From Acidobacteria bacterium UBA2990 (GTDB lineage: Bacteria; Acidobacteriota; Vicinamibacteria; Vicinamibacterales; UBA8438): DNA of 64,000 nt. The position numbers and the translations under genes were made by a program. Every line of letters begins with the position of its first letter. The stretch's first letter is position 1. Shown here in pieces: positions 39,824-48,516 of this stretch. A model generated the notes under the pieces. The model did not search any database. It was not told where the DNA came from and saw only the letters and a list, made by a program, of their open reading frames with translations. The DNA lies in NCBI GenBank assembly GCA_002347025.1, contig DEAE01000001.1, positions 70,623 to 134,622 of the forward strand, given 5' to 3'.

Positions 39824-39963
39824 GTAGGGCCGATTCAGTATCTTGGGAAGCTCGGTGCCCGACCCACCCCGCAACAGGATCCTCAGCGTTTACTATTCAT
39901 TTGTCCATTAACACAAGTTGTAGGATGAATATCTTTGGGCGGGTTTGGAGTGACAAGGGAGTG

Positions 39964-41280
39964 ATGATGATCAAGCATGGAAAAGCGCTAATGGGTAGAT
40001 GGAAAATCGCACTTGGGCTTGGCTTTTTAGTAATAGCGGCTGATGTGCGGGCGCAACAGTCTTATCCTGCGCCTGGCGCATCCTACTCGGCCGCCGTGGT
40101 TTCGACCCCAGGTTCGACACTGTCGGTTCTTGGCGGCATTACTGGTGAAGGTTCGAATACTGAGTTCGCCTCGATGGCTGCGTTGAGCCGGGTGGCCACC
40201 CGGCTGAATGAGGTCGGTCTCGACCGAGCTCAAATCCTTCGAGTCCGCGCGGCCCTGGCGCCGCGAGCGGACTTCGGTGGGTGGAACACCGCGTGGACCA
40301 CGTTCTTTGCAGGGAGAACTCCACCGGCGCGGACCACTGTCTATTCGTCCGGGCTTTCGGGTGATGCGTTGGTCGTCCTTGACGTTGTTGCCATGTTCCC
40401 GGTCGGTGCTGGTCATCCTGTCCATGTAGACAGCGCCCGGGCAACGCTGAACCCGAACCTCCGGCTGACCGGGCCGGCGAGCAACCCGACTGCGATTGTG
40501 TCGACACGGTCGGGTCTCTTTCTTTCGTCAGGTGCGCTGCCGAGCCCGAACTTGGATGACCCGACCTCGCTCGAATCGCACATCCGTTCGTCGTTGAACA
40601 GCCTTGGACGGACCCTGGCTGGTCACGGGCTCCGTTGGCACGATGCTTTCTTCATACGCGTGATGCCGACACCCCAACCAGGACGTCCAGAGCCTGACTT
40701 CGGAGCCTGGGCGCCGGTGTACGAGACACTGGGCGAGTTGACGTCGGAGAACGCTCCGCCCTACACGCTCTGGACGGCCCCAGGGTTCAGTGCCACCAAC
40801 CGGTTTTCTGAGATCGAGGTCTGGGCTGTGCCGCCTGCGCCCCCGGCGGTGTTCACCACAGCCAACTCGGCGGCGGAGAATCCGCTGTTGCGCATGTCGG
40901 GGTCACCGAGCAGCTTCATCTCTAACGGCGCGACGATCGCCCCGAATGCTGCGCTGGCTTGGCTGTCTGGTGTCGTGGCGCCGGCTGGTACCGCGCCAGA
41001 GGATGAGGCGGCGGTTGCGGTCGGGATCATGAAAGAGCGGGTGACCGCGATTGGTGCTACGTTGGCTGATGTCGCCGAGCTGCGTGTGTATCGCGTTGCC
41101 GCTGGCTCGGAGGGAGACCAGCTTGCCGCCGTTTGGAACGAAGTCTATGGTGCCGTGTGGAATAACGAGGAGACCAATCCTCACAAGCCGGTACGCACGA
41201 ACTATCTCGTCGGGAGTCTGCCTGGTGGGCGCCACGTAGAGGTAGAGGCGATTGTGGTGTTGCCCCCGAAACAGTTTTAA
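39964..41280 (+). CDS. Exported protein with three tandem Rid (YjgF/RidA)-like domains (start uncertain, 39964-39991)
   Basis: Three repeats ending PPARTTV..LVVLDVVA, PPYTLW..FSEIEVWA and KPVRTNY..HVEVEAIV; signal ending VRA-Q. Confidence 0.75.
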   Translation: MMIKHGKALMGRWKIALGLGFLVIAADVRAQQSYPAPGASYSAAVVSTPGSTLSVLGGITGEGSNTEFASMAALSRVATRLNEVGLDRAQILRVRAALAPRADFGGWNTAWTTFFAGRTPPARTTVYSSGLSGDALVVLDVVAMFPVGAGHPVHVDSARATLNPNLRLTGPASNPTAIVSTRSGLFLSSGALPSPNLDDPTSLESHIRSSLNSLGRTLAGHGLRWHDAFFIRVMPTPQPGRPEPDFGAWAPVYETLGELTSENAPPYTLWTAPGFSATNRFSEIEVWAVPPAPPAVFTTANSAAENPLLRMSGSPSSFISNGATIAPNAALAWLSGVVAPAGTAPEDEAAVAVGIMKERVTAIGATLADVAELRVYRVAAGSEGDQLAAVWNEVYGAVWNNEETNPHKPVRTNYLVGSLPGGRHVEVEAIVVLPPKQF

Positions 41281-41301
41281 AAGGCGATTTAGGGGCCGGA
41301 T

Positions 41302-41472
41302 TCAGCCTGGTCTTCGACCACAGTAGGGACAAGGGCAAGAGAAGTCATGAAAGTTACTGCCTTTATCGGCAAACCAGCTTGATTTGGTGTGCCCAACAGC
41401 AAACAGCTGATTGTCTAGCACGACGCTTATGAACCTTTCAACTAGCGGGGTGGACACATGTTCATCGCCCAT
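41302..41472 (-). CDS. Candidate 56-aa Cys-rich microprotein with HxxxCxCPYCG
   Basis: Manual translation MGDEHVSTPLVERFISVVLDNQLFAVGHTKSSWFADKGSNFHDFSCPCPYCGRRPG; AGGAGG only 3 nt before the ATG. Confidence 0.4.
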   Translation of the reverse strand: MGDEHVSTPLVERFISVVLDNQLFAVGHTKSSWFADKGSNFHDFSCPCPYCGRRPG

Positions 41473-41621
41473 GGTCCTCCTAGGTCGAAACGATCTCGTT
41501 GGAAGACCGATCCTGCGGGTGGTTGGTGGGGGAGAAACGCATGGCAGGTATTGGTCTTTGTGCTCTATTTTTTGGGTTGCTGTATCGTAACAGTGGCTTC
41601 TAGGAGCAAACGACCGGTGAG

Positions 41622-42041
41622 CTAAGGTGTGAACGGGATCTGGTGCAGCTGTTCCGCGTCGTCAGAAAGCGGTGCATCTCCCACCGGGAAGCGGTTGCCT
41701 CTCATGATGTAGGCCAAAAGGTTGGCTGTCTCCTCGGCGGAGAGTGTGCCCGGTGCATCTTGTGGCATTTCCTCACGAATCAGCGTGAACAGCTCCCCTA
41801 GTGAACGGCCAGTCCAGCGGTTCCGAAACGTGTGATCGGCTAAAAGAGCAGCCATTTCAGGTACAAACGCCGCCAGTTCCCCATGACAGGAGTAGCATTG
41901 GTCTTCGTATAGCGAGGCCCCCAATTCAGCTTGTGTCGAAGTGTACAGACCTCCGCGCTGATCTTGTGTCTGGGCGGCTCCGTTCGTAGACCCTGTCCAA
42001 CACAACACCGCTGTCATACCAAAGTGAAAAAGGATCCGCAT
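41622..42041 (-). CDS. Monoheme cytochrome c
   Basis: Signal peptide; YTSTQAELG, CYSCH, EEMPQDAPGTLS (Met ligand). Confidence 0.88.
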   Translation of the reverse strand: MRILFHFGMTAVLCWTGSTNGAAQTQDQRGGLYTSTQAELGASLYEDQCYSCHGELAAFVPEMAALLADHTFRNRWTGRSLGELFTLIREEMPQDAPGTLSAEETANLLAYIMRGNRFPVGDAPLSDDAEQLHQIPFTP

Positions 42042-42210
42042 GGCTTTGAGGTCAGTTTTTGTGACTGAATGAAAAAGTCTTTTGTGGCCAACAACGACTC
42101 TCCCGGACTGAGCCTTGTTAGACGTGCGCTAGAGCCGAGTGTCTGGCCAGCTACATCGATGAGGGTTGGTGTATTGTTGATTTCGCACTTTTTCTTGGTA
42201 TCCCACACGT

Positions 42211-42239
42211 GTGGGGACGGTAGACCAGCCCGTCCCCAC
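42211..42239. repeat. Perfect 10-bp inverted repeat (stem-loop) after the YVTN gene
   Basis: GTGGGGACGG-N9-CCGTCCCCAC; no U-tract, so a stabilising or REP-like hairpin rather than a clear terminator. Confidence 0.6.
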
Positions 42240-42259
42240 TCGGCTTGAGCCTTAAGTTA

Positions 42260-43288
42260 TTACTGCCCTACGACCAAAGTGGCGTTGCGTTTGGGTACCT
42301 GTCCGCCAGTCTTGATGTCAGTCACCACTTTCACCGCCGCGATGTCGACCACGGCAACGCTGTTGTTTCCGGAGACGGAGATGTAGGCGTAGCGGCTATC
42401 CGGCGTTATCGTCACCCAGTTCGGCGAGTGGCCAACCCTGACGCCGCCGACGAGATCGAGATCGGGAAGCGAATAGACATACACGCTGCTATTCAAGCTG
42501 CTATTGGCGACTAAGTATTTGTTATCCGGTGTCACGCCAATCCCATGCGCTGTGTTGCCACCATGCCCCGGGGTGAGCTGATTGTCTGGTACCTTGGGAT
42601 ACTCGATCCGGCCAACTTCCTTGCGCGTCTCGAAGTCCATGATGCCAAATCCGTTGAAATTTGAGAGTTGTGCATAGATATTCCGGGTCGAACCGTCTGG
42701 GTTCGTGTCCATGGTCATCGGGCGGATGCCGAGATCCCAGTAGGTGGTCCAGACAGGCATGTCGGTCTCGGTGTCGACGACCGTAATATTGCGAGCACCA
42801 ATCATTCCCGCTATTGCATATTTTCCGTCTGGGGTGACGTAGGTATTGTGTACGCCTCCATGTACCGAGATCGTCGCTGATATTTCGTCCAAACTGGTGT
42901 CGATAACCTGAAGGGCACCTGGCGAATTTGCAATAGCTACATAGACCTTCCGCCCGTCTGGCGTGCTCGCGATATTGTTGGGGCGTCCGATGAGCGGGAT
43001 CTGTTTGACAACCTTGAGCATGCCGACGTCCACGACATCAACCGTGTCATCGGATTCATTGGCGACATAAATCCGGCGTCCGTCGGGTGATGGTGCGGCA
43101 CCGTGTGCTCGCTCGATGCCCGTGACCTCCCCGACAACCGTGTTGGTAACCGGATCGATGATGTGGACGTTATCGCCAGCACTATTGGTTTGCACGATGC
43201 GAACGGTGCCTTGTGCTGCTGCTGACATAGGAAGGACGATGCCCGCAAGGGCGGCCAGAACACACGTCGATTTACGCATTGTGACCAT
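42260..43288 (-). CDS. YVTN/YncE-like beta-propeller protein, exported
   Basis: Repeated SPDGRRIYVAN / TPDGRKVYVA / TPDGKYA / TPDSRYAY blades; signal ending AAA-Q. Confidence 0.9.
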   Translation of the reverse strand: MVTMRKSTCVLAALAGIVLPMSAAAQGTVRIVQTNSAGDNVHIIDPVTNTVVGEVTGIERAHGAAPSPDGRRIYVANESDDTVDVVDVGMLKVVKQIPLIGRPNNIASTPDGRKVYVAIANSPGALQVIDTSLDEISATISVHGGVHNTYVTPDGKYAIAGMIGARNITVVDTETDMPVWTTYWDLGIRPMTMDTNPDGSTRNIYAQLSNFNGFGIMDFETRKEVGRIEYPKVPDNQLTPGHGGNTAHGIGVTPDNKYLVANSSLNSSVYVYSLPDLDLVGGVRVGHSPNWVTITPDSRYAYISVSGNNSVAVVDIAAVKVVTDIKTGGQVPKRNATLVVGQ

Positions 43289-43322
43289 TGTTGAAACTCC
43301 TGTGTTAGAGGGATACATAGTC

Positions 43323-43730
43323 CTATTGCTCTCCGTTGACCCAAGCTACGAGAGTTTTGAACTTGGGATCATCTTGGGAGGAAAACTGCCGTCCTCCATT
43401 GTGAAACTCGTCTCCACCTGCGTCGGGTTCCAGTGGGTGCATTAGCAGTCGACTAGCTAGAGGTTGCCCGGGTATCACCAATCTGGACACGGCTTCGAAA
43501 TTGCGACGAGATTGTTCATCTGTCCAGGTGTCGGCGTTCGAGGATAGCTCTTCGAGGAATCCTACCCGTCCCTCGCCACTGTGACAAACGACACAGCGGA
43601 CGAAGCCAGGATTCTTCTCTAAGAAAATCGGCTCGACATTGGCTTTGTAGTAGTCGAAGTCCAGTGTGGCAGTCGACGAGGATGCGGGCTGTAGGGTCAT
43701 TAGTGCTGTCAGAGCCCAGAGCACGAGCAT
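43323..43730 (-). CDS. Small exported CxxCH (heme c) protein
   Basis: AAGGAGG RBS before ATG 43730; CVVCH; distal FHNGG; LDF.YYK..VEPIF. Confidence 0.75.
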   Translation of the reverse strand: MLVLWALTALMTLQPASSSTATLDFDYYKANVEPIFLEKNPGFVRCVVCHSGEGRVGFLEELSSNADTWTDEQSRRNFEAVSRLVIPGQPLASRLLMHPLEPDAGGDEFHNGGRQFSSQDDPKFKTLVAWVNGEQ

Positions 43731-44223
43731 TGGTGGCCTCCTTGATTTCCTTAATGTCCCGAGTCCGAATGCCGATTTTGGCTTAGCGGCTAGCGTTCCG
43801 CAATTAAACAACACGTAACGACTGTACTCACAGTGAGCCACAGAATCCCGTCTGGAAACTGCGAGCACTACGGTAGCCGCGGACCATGACGTTCAAACCC
43901 CGGAGACAACGCAGTAACGGCTCCAGAGACTGGTCAAAAGTACGTCTCTGCTGATTCCAGTAAAGAATACCATTCCCGGCGCTCAGTTTGGAGAATAGGC
44001 TGACACGTGCTGTTATTAATCACTGACCTGCTGATCCTTCCTCTTCGCTGGAACAGCTCAGCGGCGGCGGTGGTTCTACCGGCGAACCGGTGTCTAGGAA
44101 GAGATGCCCGTCAGCTGGCTTGTGCAAAACATTGGTTCCCGACCCTTGTCACGAAGGTGGGAACGCTCGACAATGGGGAGCAACTCAACCTCGGAACTCG
44201 GATAGCGGAAAGGCTGCGGATTC

Positions 44224-45063
44224 ATGACTGAACAGATCCGGGTTGAGCCCGTGTCACCGGTTATCGGTGCAGAGGTTCACGGTGTCGAACTGGGCGTGCC
44301 GATGACGGCTGAGGTCTTCGAGGTACTGCATTCGGCCTTGATGACTCACCTGGTGTTGTTCTTTCGTGATCAGCAACTTTCCTTCGAACAGCATCTTCAG
44401 TTTGGGCGTCGCTTTGGTGACTTACACGTCCATCCAGCTGCCCCGAAGGATGTTGAACATCCGGAGATTTTTGTTGTGCATGCAGATGATACGGTGAAGT
44501 TTGTGGCAGGCGAGTTGTGGCATTCAGATGTTTCCTGTGATGCTGAGCCACCTATGGGTAGCATCCTTCGGGTTGAGCAGGTTCCTGTGACTGGAGGTGA
44601 CACGCTATTTGCCAGCATGTATGCAGCGTATGAGGCGCTGTCTGATGGAATGCAGCGGTTTCTGGTTGAGCTGACGGCTGTTCACGAAGGGCGACAATAT
44701 TACGTGGGGAGATACGGAGGTAGTCACCTGCGCGACGGCGACTACCCCTCGGCCGAACATCCGGTGGTTCGCACCCACCCAGTGACCGGACGACATGCGT
44801 TGTATGTCAATGAAGGCTTTACGACAGGGTTCAAGGAATTAAAGAAGTCAGAGAGCGATGCTTTACTCTCGTTCTTGTTAAAACATTGCGCCTCACCGGA
44901 GTTTCACTGCCGATTTCGCTGGAGGTCTAACTCTGTGGCGTTTTGGGACAATCGTTGCACGCAACATCACGCTATTTGGGACTATTACCCCGAGGTTCGT
45001 CATGGTTATCGCGTCACCGTTCAAGGTGACCGACCGTATTATCAATCTAGCCCACACCCTTGA
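44224..45063 (+). CDS. tauD: TauD/TfdA family Fe(II)/2-oxoglutarate dioxygenase
   Basis: IGAEV.GV, WHSD, GGDTLF, HPVVRTHPVTG, WDNRCTQH..R. Confidence 0.88.
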   Translation: MTEQIRVEPVSPVIGAEVHGVELGVPMTAEVFEVLHSALMTHLVLFFRDQQLSFEQHLQFGRRFGDLHVHPAAPKDVEHPEIFVVHADDTVKFVAGELWHSDVSCDAEPPMGSILRVEQVPVTGGDTLFASMYAAYEALSDGMQRFLVELTAVHEGRQYYVGRYGGSHLRDGDYPSAEHPVVRTHPVTGRHALYVNEGFTTGFKELKKSESDALLSFLLKHCASPEFHCRFRWRSNSVAFWDNRCTQHHAIWDYYPEVRHGYRVTVQGDRPYYQSSPHP

Positions 45064-45122
45064 CACTCGGGTTCAAGCGGTTGCTAGGGACTATGCACTG
45101 GTCTGGGCGTTGCTTCCTTTTC

Positions 45123-46589
45123 CTATCCTGTGAATATAGTGGCCACTGTGATTGAGAAGGTTACACATATTGCTGCTCCCAGTGTCATCCAGATACCAAT
45201 TTTCGCCATGTCTCGAATTGAAAAATATCCGGCAGAATAGGGCAGCACATTTGTTGGGCTCTCGGTGACCAAGATAAAGGCGAGGGTCGAGGTGAAGGCG
45301 GCCGGTGCGGCGATTGTCCAAGGATCAAGTTGCAGGTCAAGGGCTAGAGCTAGCAAGATAGGCATGATCAAGGATCCGGTTACCGTATTGCTGGAGAAGA
45401 GCAGGTGAAGTAGCGAGACTGCGATCACTATTACGAACGGACGGATCAAAACTGGAACTAGCATCAGATTGCCTAGGAGAAGTTGGGCGAGCCAGCGAGC
45501 TGCTCCGGTTTCGAAAACCATCAGCCCTAGAGATAGACCAGCGACAATCAGCATCACGCCACCCCAGTCCATATTGGCCTGGGCTTGTTTCCAGGTCACT
45601 ATCTCGACCGTCGGTAGAAACAACATCAACCCCCCCAATAGTGCGACTGCCTGGATGGGAGGATCGATGCGTCCGTCTGTCGTCTCGGCAATCCATGGAG
45701 TAGTGAGCCACAGCGCGATCGTGAGTCCAAATATTGCAAGAGTCTTCCGCTCTGCGGCTCGAAGAGGGCCAAGAGCTTTGAGCTTGATGTCGATTTGTGT
45801 TCCGTCGAGAGGGAGCCGATCAATTTCTGGTGGAAAGATGTGGAGCAATAGCCACCAGCTGGTCGGAATCATCAGCAGCACCGCCGGCACACCAAGGAGC
45901 ATCCAGTGGCCAAATGATATGGTAAGCCCGGCTAGTTCCTCTAGATAACTAAGAGCAATCAGATTTGAGGCTGCCCCGGCTGGTGTGCCGATACCCCCAA
46001 TAAGGGGTCCATAGGCACAAGAGATCATCAGTGCACGCCCGAAGTTGCTCTGGAGAGGTTTGAGATCTGCGTCCTTGAGTACTCCAACCCCAAGGGGTAA
46101 AAGCATGGCGGCTACCGCCATGTCGGTGATCCACATGGATAACAGGGAGCCGACGATCAAGAATCCTAGCAACACGCGGTCAGTACGGGTGCCAGCTAGC
46201 CGTAATACGTGTAAAACGAGTCGAGTGCCAAGGCCGGAAAAGGTGAAACCAGTCGATAGGAACAGGACGCCAATAAAGAACACAATTAGAGGATTGCCGA
46301 ATCCGGCGTTGACGGCCGTGGCAAAGTCGGTGATTCCGAAGGTGGGTATTAAGAGGAGGACAAGTAGCGACGTAACGGCGAATGGCATTGCTTCGCTGAC
46401 CCAGAGTGTGACTGCGAATGTGAGGATCGCTAAACAGGTTTTGCCCTCGGGTGTGAGGATGATTAACTCGCCGCTTCGCTCCACTGGATTTGGAGTGGGC
46501 AGTAGGTGAACAGACAGCAAGAGTGCAGTGGCGAAGAATAGCGCCCAGATCGACTGATGTTTTGAGGAATCCGTTGTAGTGTTTGTCAT
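45123..46589 (-). CDS. DASS/SLC13 sodium-coupled anion symporter
   Basis: WVSEAMP, LSMWITD, GGIGTP.G..SN, SSNT, SPTN. Confidence 0.9.
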   Translation of the reverse strand: MTNTTTDSSKHQSIWALFFATALLLSVHLLPTPNPVERSGELIILTPEGKTCLAILTFAVTLWVSEAMPFAVTSLLVLLLIPTFGITDFATAVNAGFGNPLIVFFIGVLFLSTGFTFSGLGTRLVLHVLRLAGTRTDRVLLGFLIVGSLLSMWITDMAVAAMLLPLGVGVLKDADLKPLQSNFGRALMISCAYGPLIGGIGTPAGAASNLIALSYLEELAGLTISFGHWMLLGVPAVLLMIPTSWWLLLHIFPPEIDRLPLDGTQIDIKLKALGPLRAAERKTLAIFGLTIALWLTTPWIAETTDGRIDPPIQAVALLGGLMLFLPTVEIVTWKQAQANMDWGGVMLIVAGLSLGLMVFETGAARWLAQLLLGNLMLVPVLIRPFVIVIAVSLLHLLFSSNTVTGSLIMPILLALALDLQLDPWTIAAPAAFTSTLAFILVTESPTNVLPYSAGYFSIRDMAKIGIWMTLGAAICVTFSITVATIFTG

Positions 46590-46784
46590 TACACTGGTTA
46601 CCGACTGGTTAATGGTTTTCCTGATAAGAGAAGGCCCTGTTGTGGTTTCGTAGTCTACGGGATTACACTGGGAAGCTGGGCCGGCTTGAAAGCGGCTATC
46701 AATAATATTCTCTAAGTTCTACGCCTGAAGTACTAGTTACATGAAAGAGCGGTAGTCTGAGATTAGACCTAGAGAGGACGGTTC

Positions 46785-48293
46785 GTGCGAGTCCATATCG
46801 TTAACCCAAGCCATTTCTCATTCGGGACAGGTTTTATAACACCGCGCTGGATGTTTGTGCTTGCTGCAGCTACGCCTGCCCAGTGGGGCGACCCCGTGTT
46901 GAGCGACGAGTCGCTTGAGCCGTTCGATACCGATCAACTCGAGAAAGGCGACGTTGTCGGGATCGGACTTCATACAGGGAACGCCCTGGTTGGCTATGCG
47001 CTCGGGGAACGCGCTCGGGCACGTGGTGCATGGGTAATTTACGGTGGCAGCCACCCCACGTTGTTTCCGGAAGAGGCTCTTGAGCGCGGTGGTGCACATG
47101 CGGTGGTGAAGGGTGACGGTGATGTTGTCTGGGGGGAGGCGATTCAGGACTGCGTTAACGGAACGCCGAAACGGATCTACGAAGGAGGGCAAATAGGCGC
47201 CGGAAAGTTCAGGAAAGCGCGTTGGGACTTGATGTCACGTGAGAGTTACGCGTGGGCATCGGTACAGACCGTGCGCGGATGCCCGAAGCATTGCTCCTTC
47301 TGCTCGGTGTGGCGTACCGATGGCCAGGAGCCCCGTCAGCGTGAGGTCAACCCAGTTATCGAAGAAATTGTCGAGCTGCGACGGATGGGTTTCCGGTTCA
47401 TCGCCTTGGCTGACGATAACTTCTACCCGGTGACACTTGATGATCTTAAGATGGCCGCTCGTCGGGAGGACAAGACCCGGTACAACGAGCTCAAAGCACT
47501 TCGTGACGAACGGTTTGAGCTGATGGGGCTGATGGCCCAATTACCGGACGATTTAAACTTCTTTACGCAGATTACTATGGAGTCCGCTGAGGACCCAGAG
47601 TTCTTGGACGCGATGAGAGCGGCGCACATCAGAGGTGCACTCGTCGGTGTTGAAGCGGTTACCCCAGAGGGATTAAAGGATGTCTACAAGGACTTCAACC
47701 TTGCCGGTGAGGATCTAGTAGAGCGCCTCAAGAAGTTCAAGGAACATGGCGTCTACATCCTGGGGTCCTTCATTTTTGGTCTGCCGAGCGACCGGCCAAG
47801 CACTTTTGACGCAACGGCTGAATTGGCTCAACGGGCGGGCGTGACTTTTGCCCAATTTGTGACGTTGACGCCGTTTCCAGGGACACTTGACTTTGAAAAA
47901 TGGGAACGCGAGCAAGGCGACGAAATGCCGATGGTTGACGGTGTTCCGGTTTCGCGCCACTGGTTGATCCCACAGGAGAAACGTCCAAAGCTGCTGACCC
48001 CGCACCCAATGATGTCCGGGGAGCAGATCCGCCAGGGGACCCAGGATGTTTGGAACAATTTCTATAGTCTCAAGGCAGCCTGGAAGCGATCAGACATGCT
48101 GAAGTCGTTCTGGAATCGCGTCGCTTTCTTGGTATGTTCAAAGGCGATGCTCCAGGCGTTTGGCAACACAGGGCTGGCGACCGACAGCGCCCGTGCGTCT
48201 CGTGCCACAAAGCTGGGTGGGTTCGCCTTCTCTTTGTTGCAGAAGATATTCTCGGCCCCGCCGATGCCGGATTTGCAGGTTCCCACCCGCTAG
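46785..48293 (+). CDS. B12-binding-domain radical SAM protein
   Basis: N-terminal B12-binding-like domain (GGSHPTLFPEE, GDGD); RGCPKHCSFC; FIFGL, TPFPGT. Confidence 0.88.
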   Translation: MRVHIVNPSHFSFGTGFITPRWMFVLAAATPAQWGDPVLSDESLEPFDTDQLEKGDVVGIGLHTGNALVGYALGERARARGAWVIYGGSHPTLFPEEALERGGAHAVVKGDGDVVWGEAIQDCVNGTPKRIYEGGQIGAGKFRKARWDLMSRESYAWASVQTVRGCPKHCSFCSVWRTDGQEPRQREVNPVIEEIVELRRMGFRFIALADDNFYPVTLDDLKMAARREDKTRYNELKALRDERFELMGLMAQLPDDLNFFTQITMESAEDPEFLDAMRAAHIRGALVGVEAVTPEGLKDVYKDFNLAGEDLVERLKKFKEHGVYILGSFIFGLPSDRPSTFDATAELAQRAGVTFAQFVTLTPFPGTLDFEKWEREQGDEMPMVDGVPVSRHWLIPQEKRPKLLTPHPMMSGEQIRQGTQDVWNNFYSLKAAWKRSDMLKSFWNRVAFLVCSKAMLQAFGNTGLATDSARASRATKLGGFAFSLLQKIFSAPPMPDLQVPTR

Positions 48294-48312
48294 CGAAAAC
48301 GGTCTTTGCTAT

Positions 48313-48358
48313 GTCAGGACCCTTCTAAACCCAAAGATGAGGGTCCTGACCCGTTTTT
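48313..48358 (+). terminator. Probable rho-independent terminator
   Basis: GTCAGGACCCT-N16-AGGGTCCTGAC followed by CCGTTTTT, 19 nt after the radical SAM stop. Confidence 0.55.
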
Positions 48359-48516
48359 GATTTCCCTCCTGGTGCCCTATAACAGTTAGCTTTGGTTTAG
48401 CTGGCTACTTGGTTCGTTGTCTCCTGCTGGACTGACGATCGCAATAGTGGTGCCCCTCTGACAGGGGGTGGTATATGGTGTTCTCTAAGACCCCACAATG
48501 TTGGAGGATATTTTCC

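Noticed and set aside
41302-43730. Quinohemoprotein amine dehydrogenase (qhp) operon
   Set aside because: No large multi-domain alpha subunit and no adjacent SPASM radical SAM maturase. The small peptide lacks the gamma-subunit pattern.
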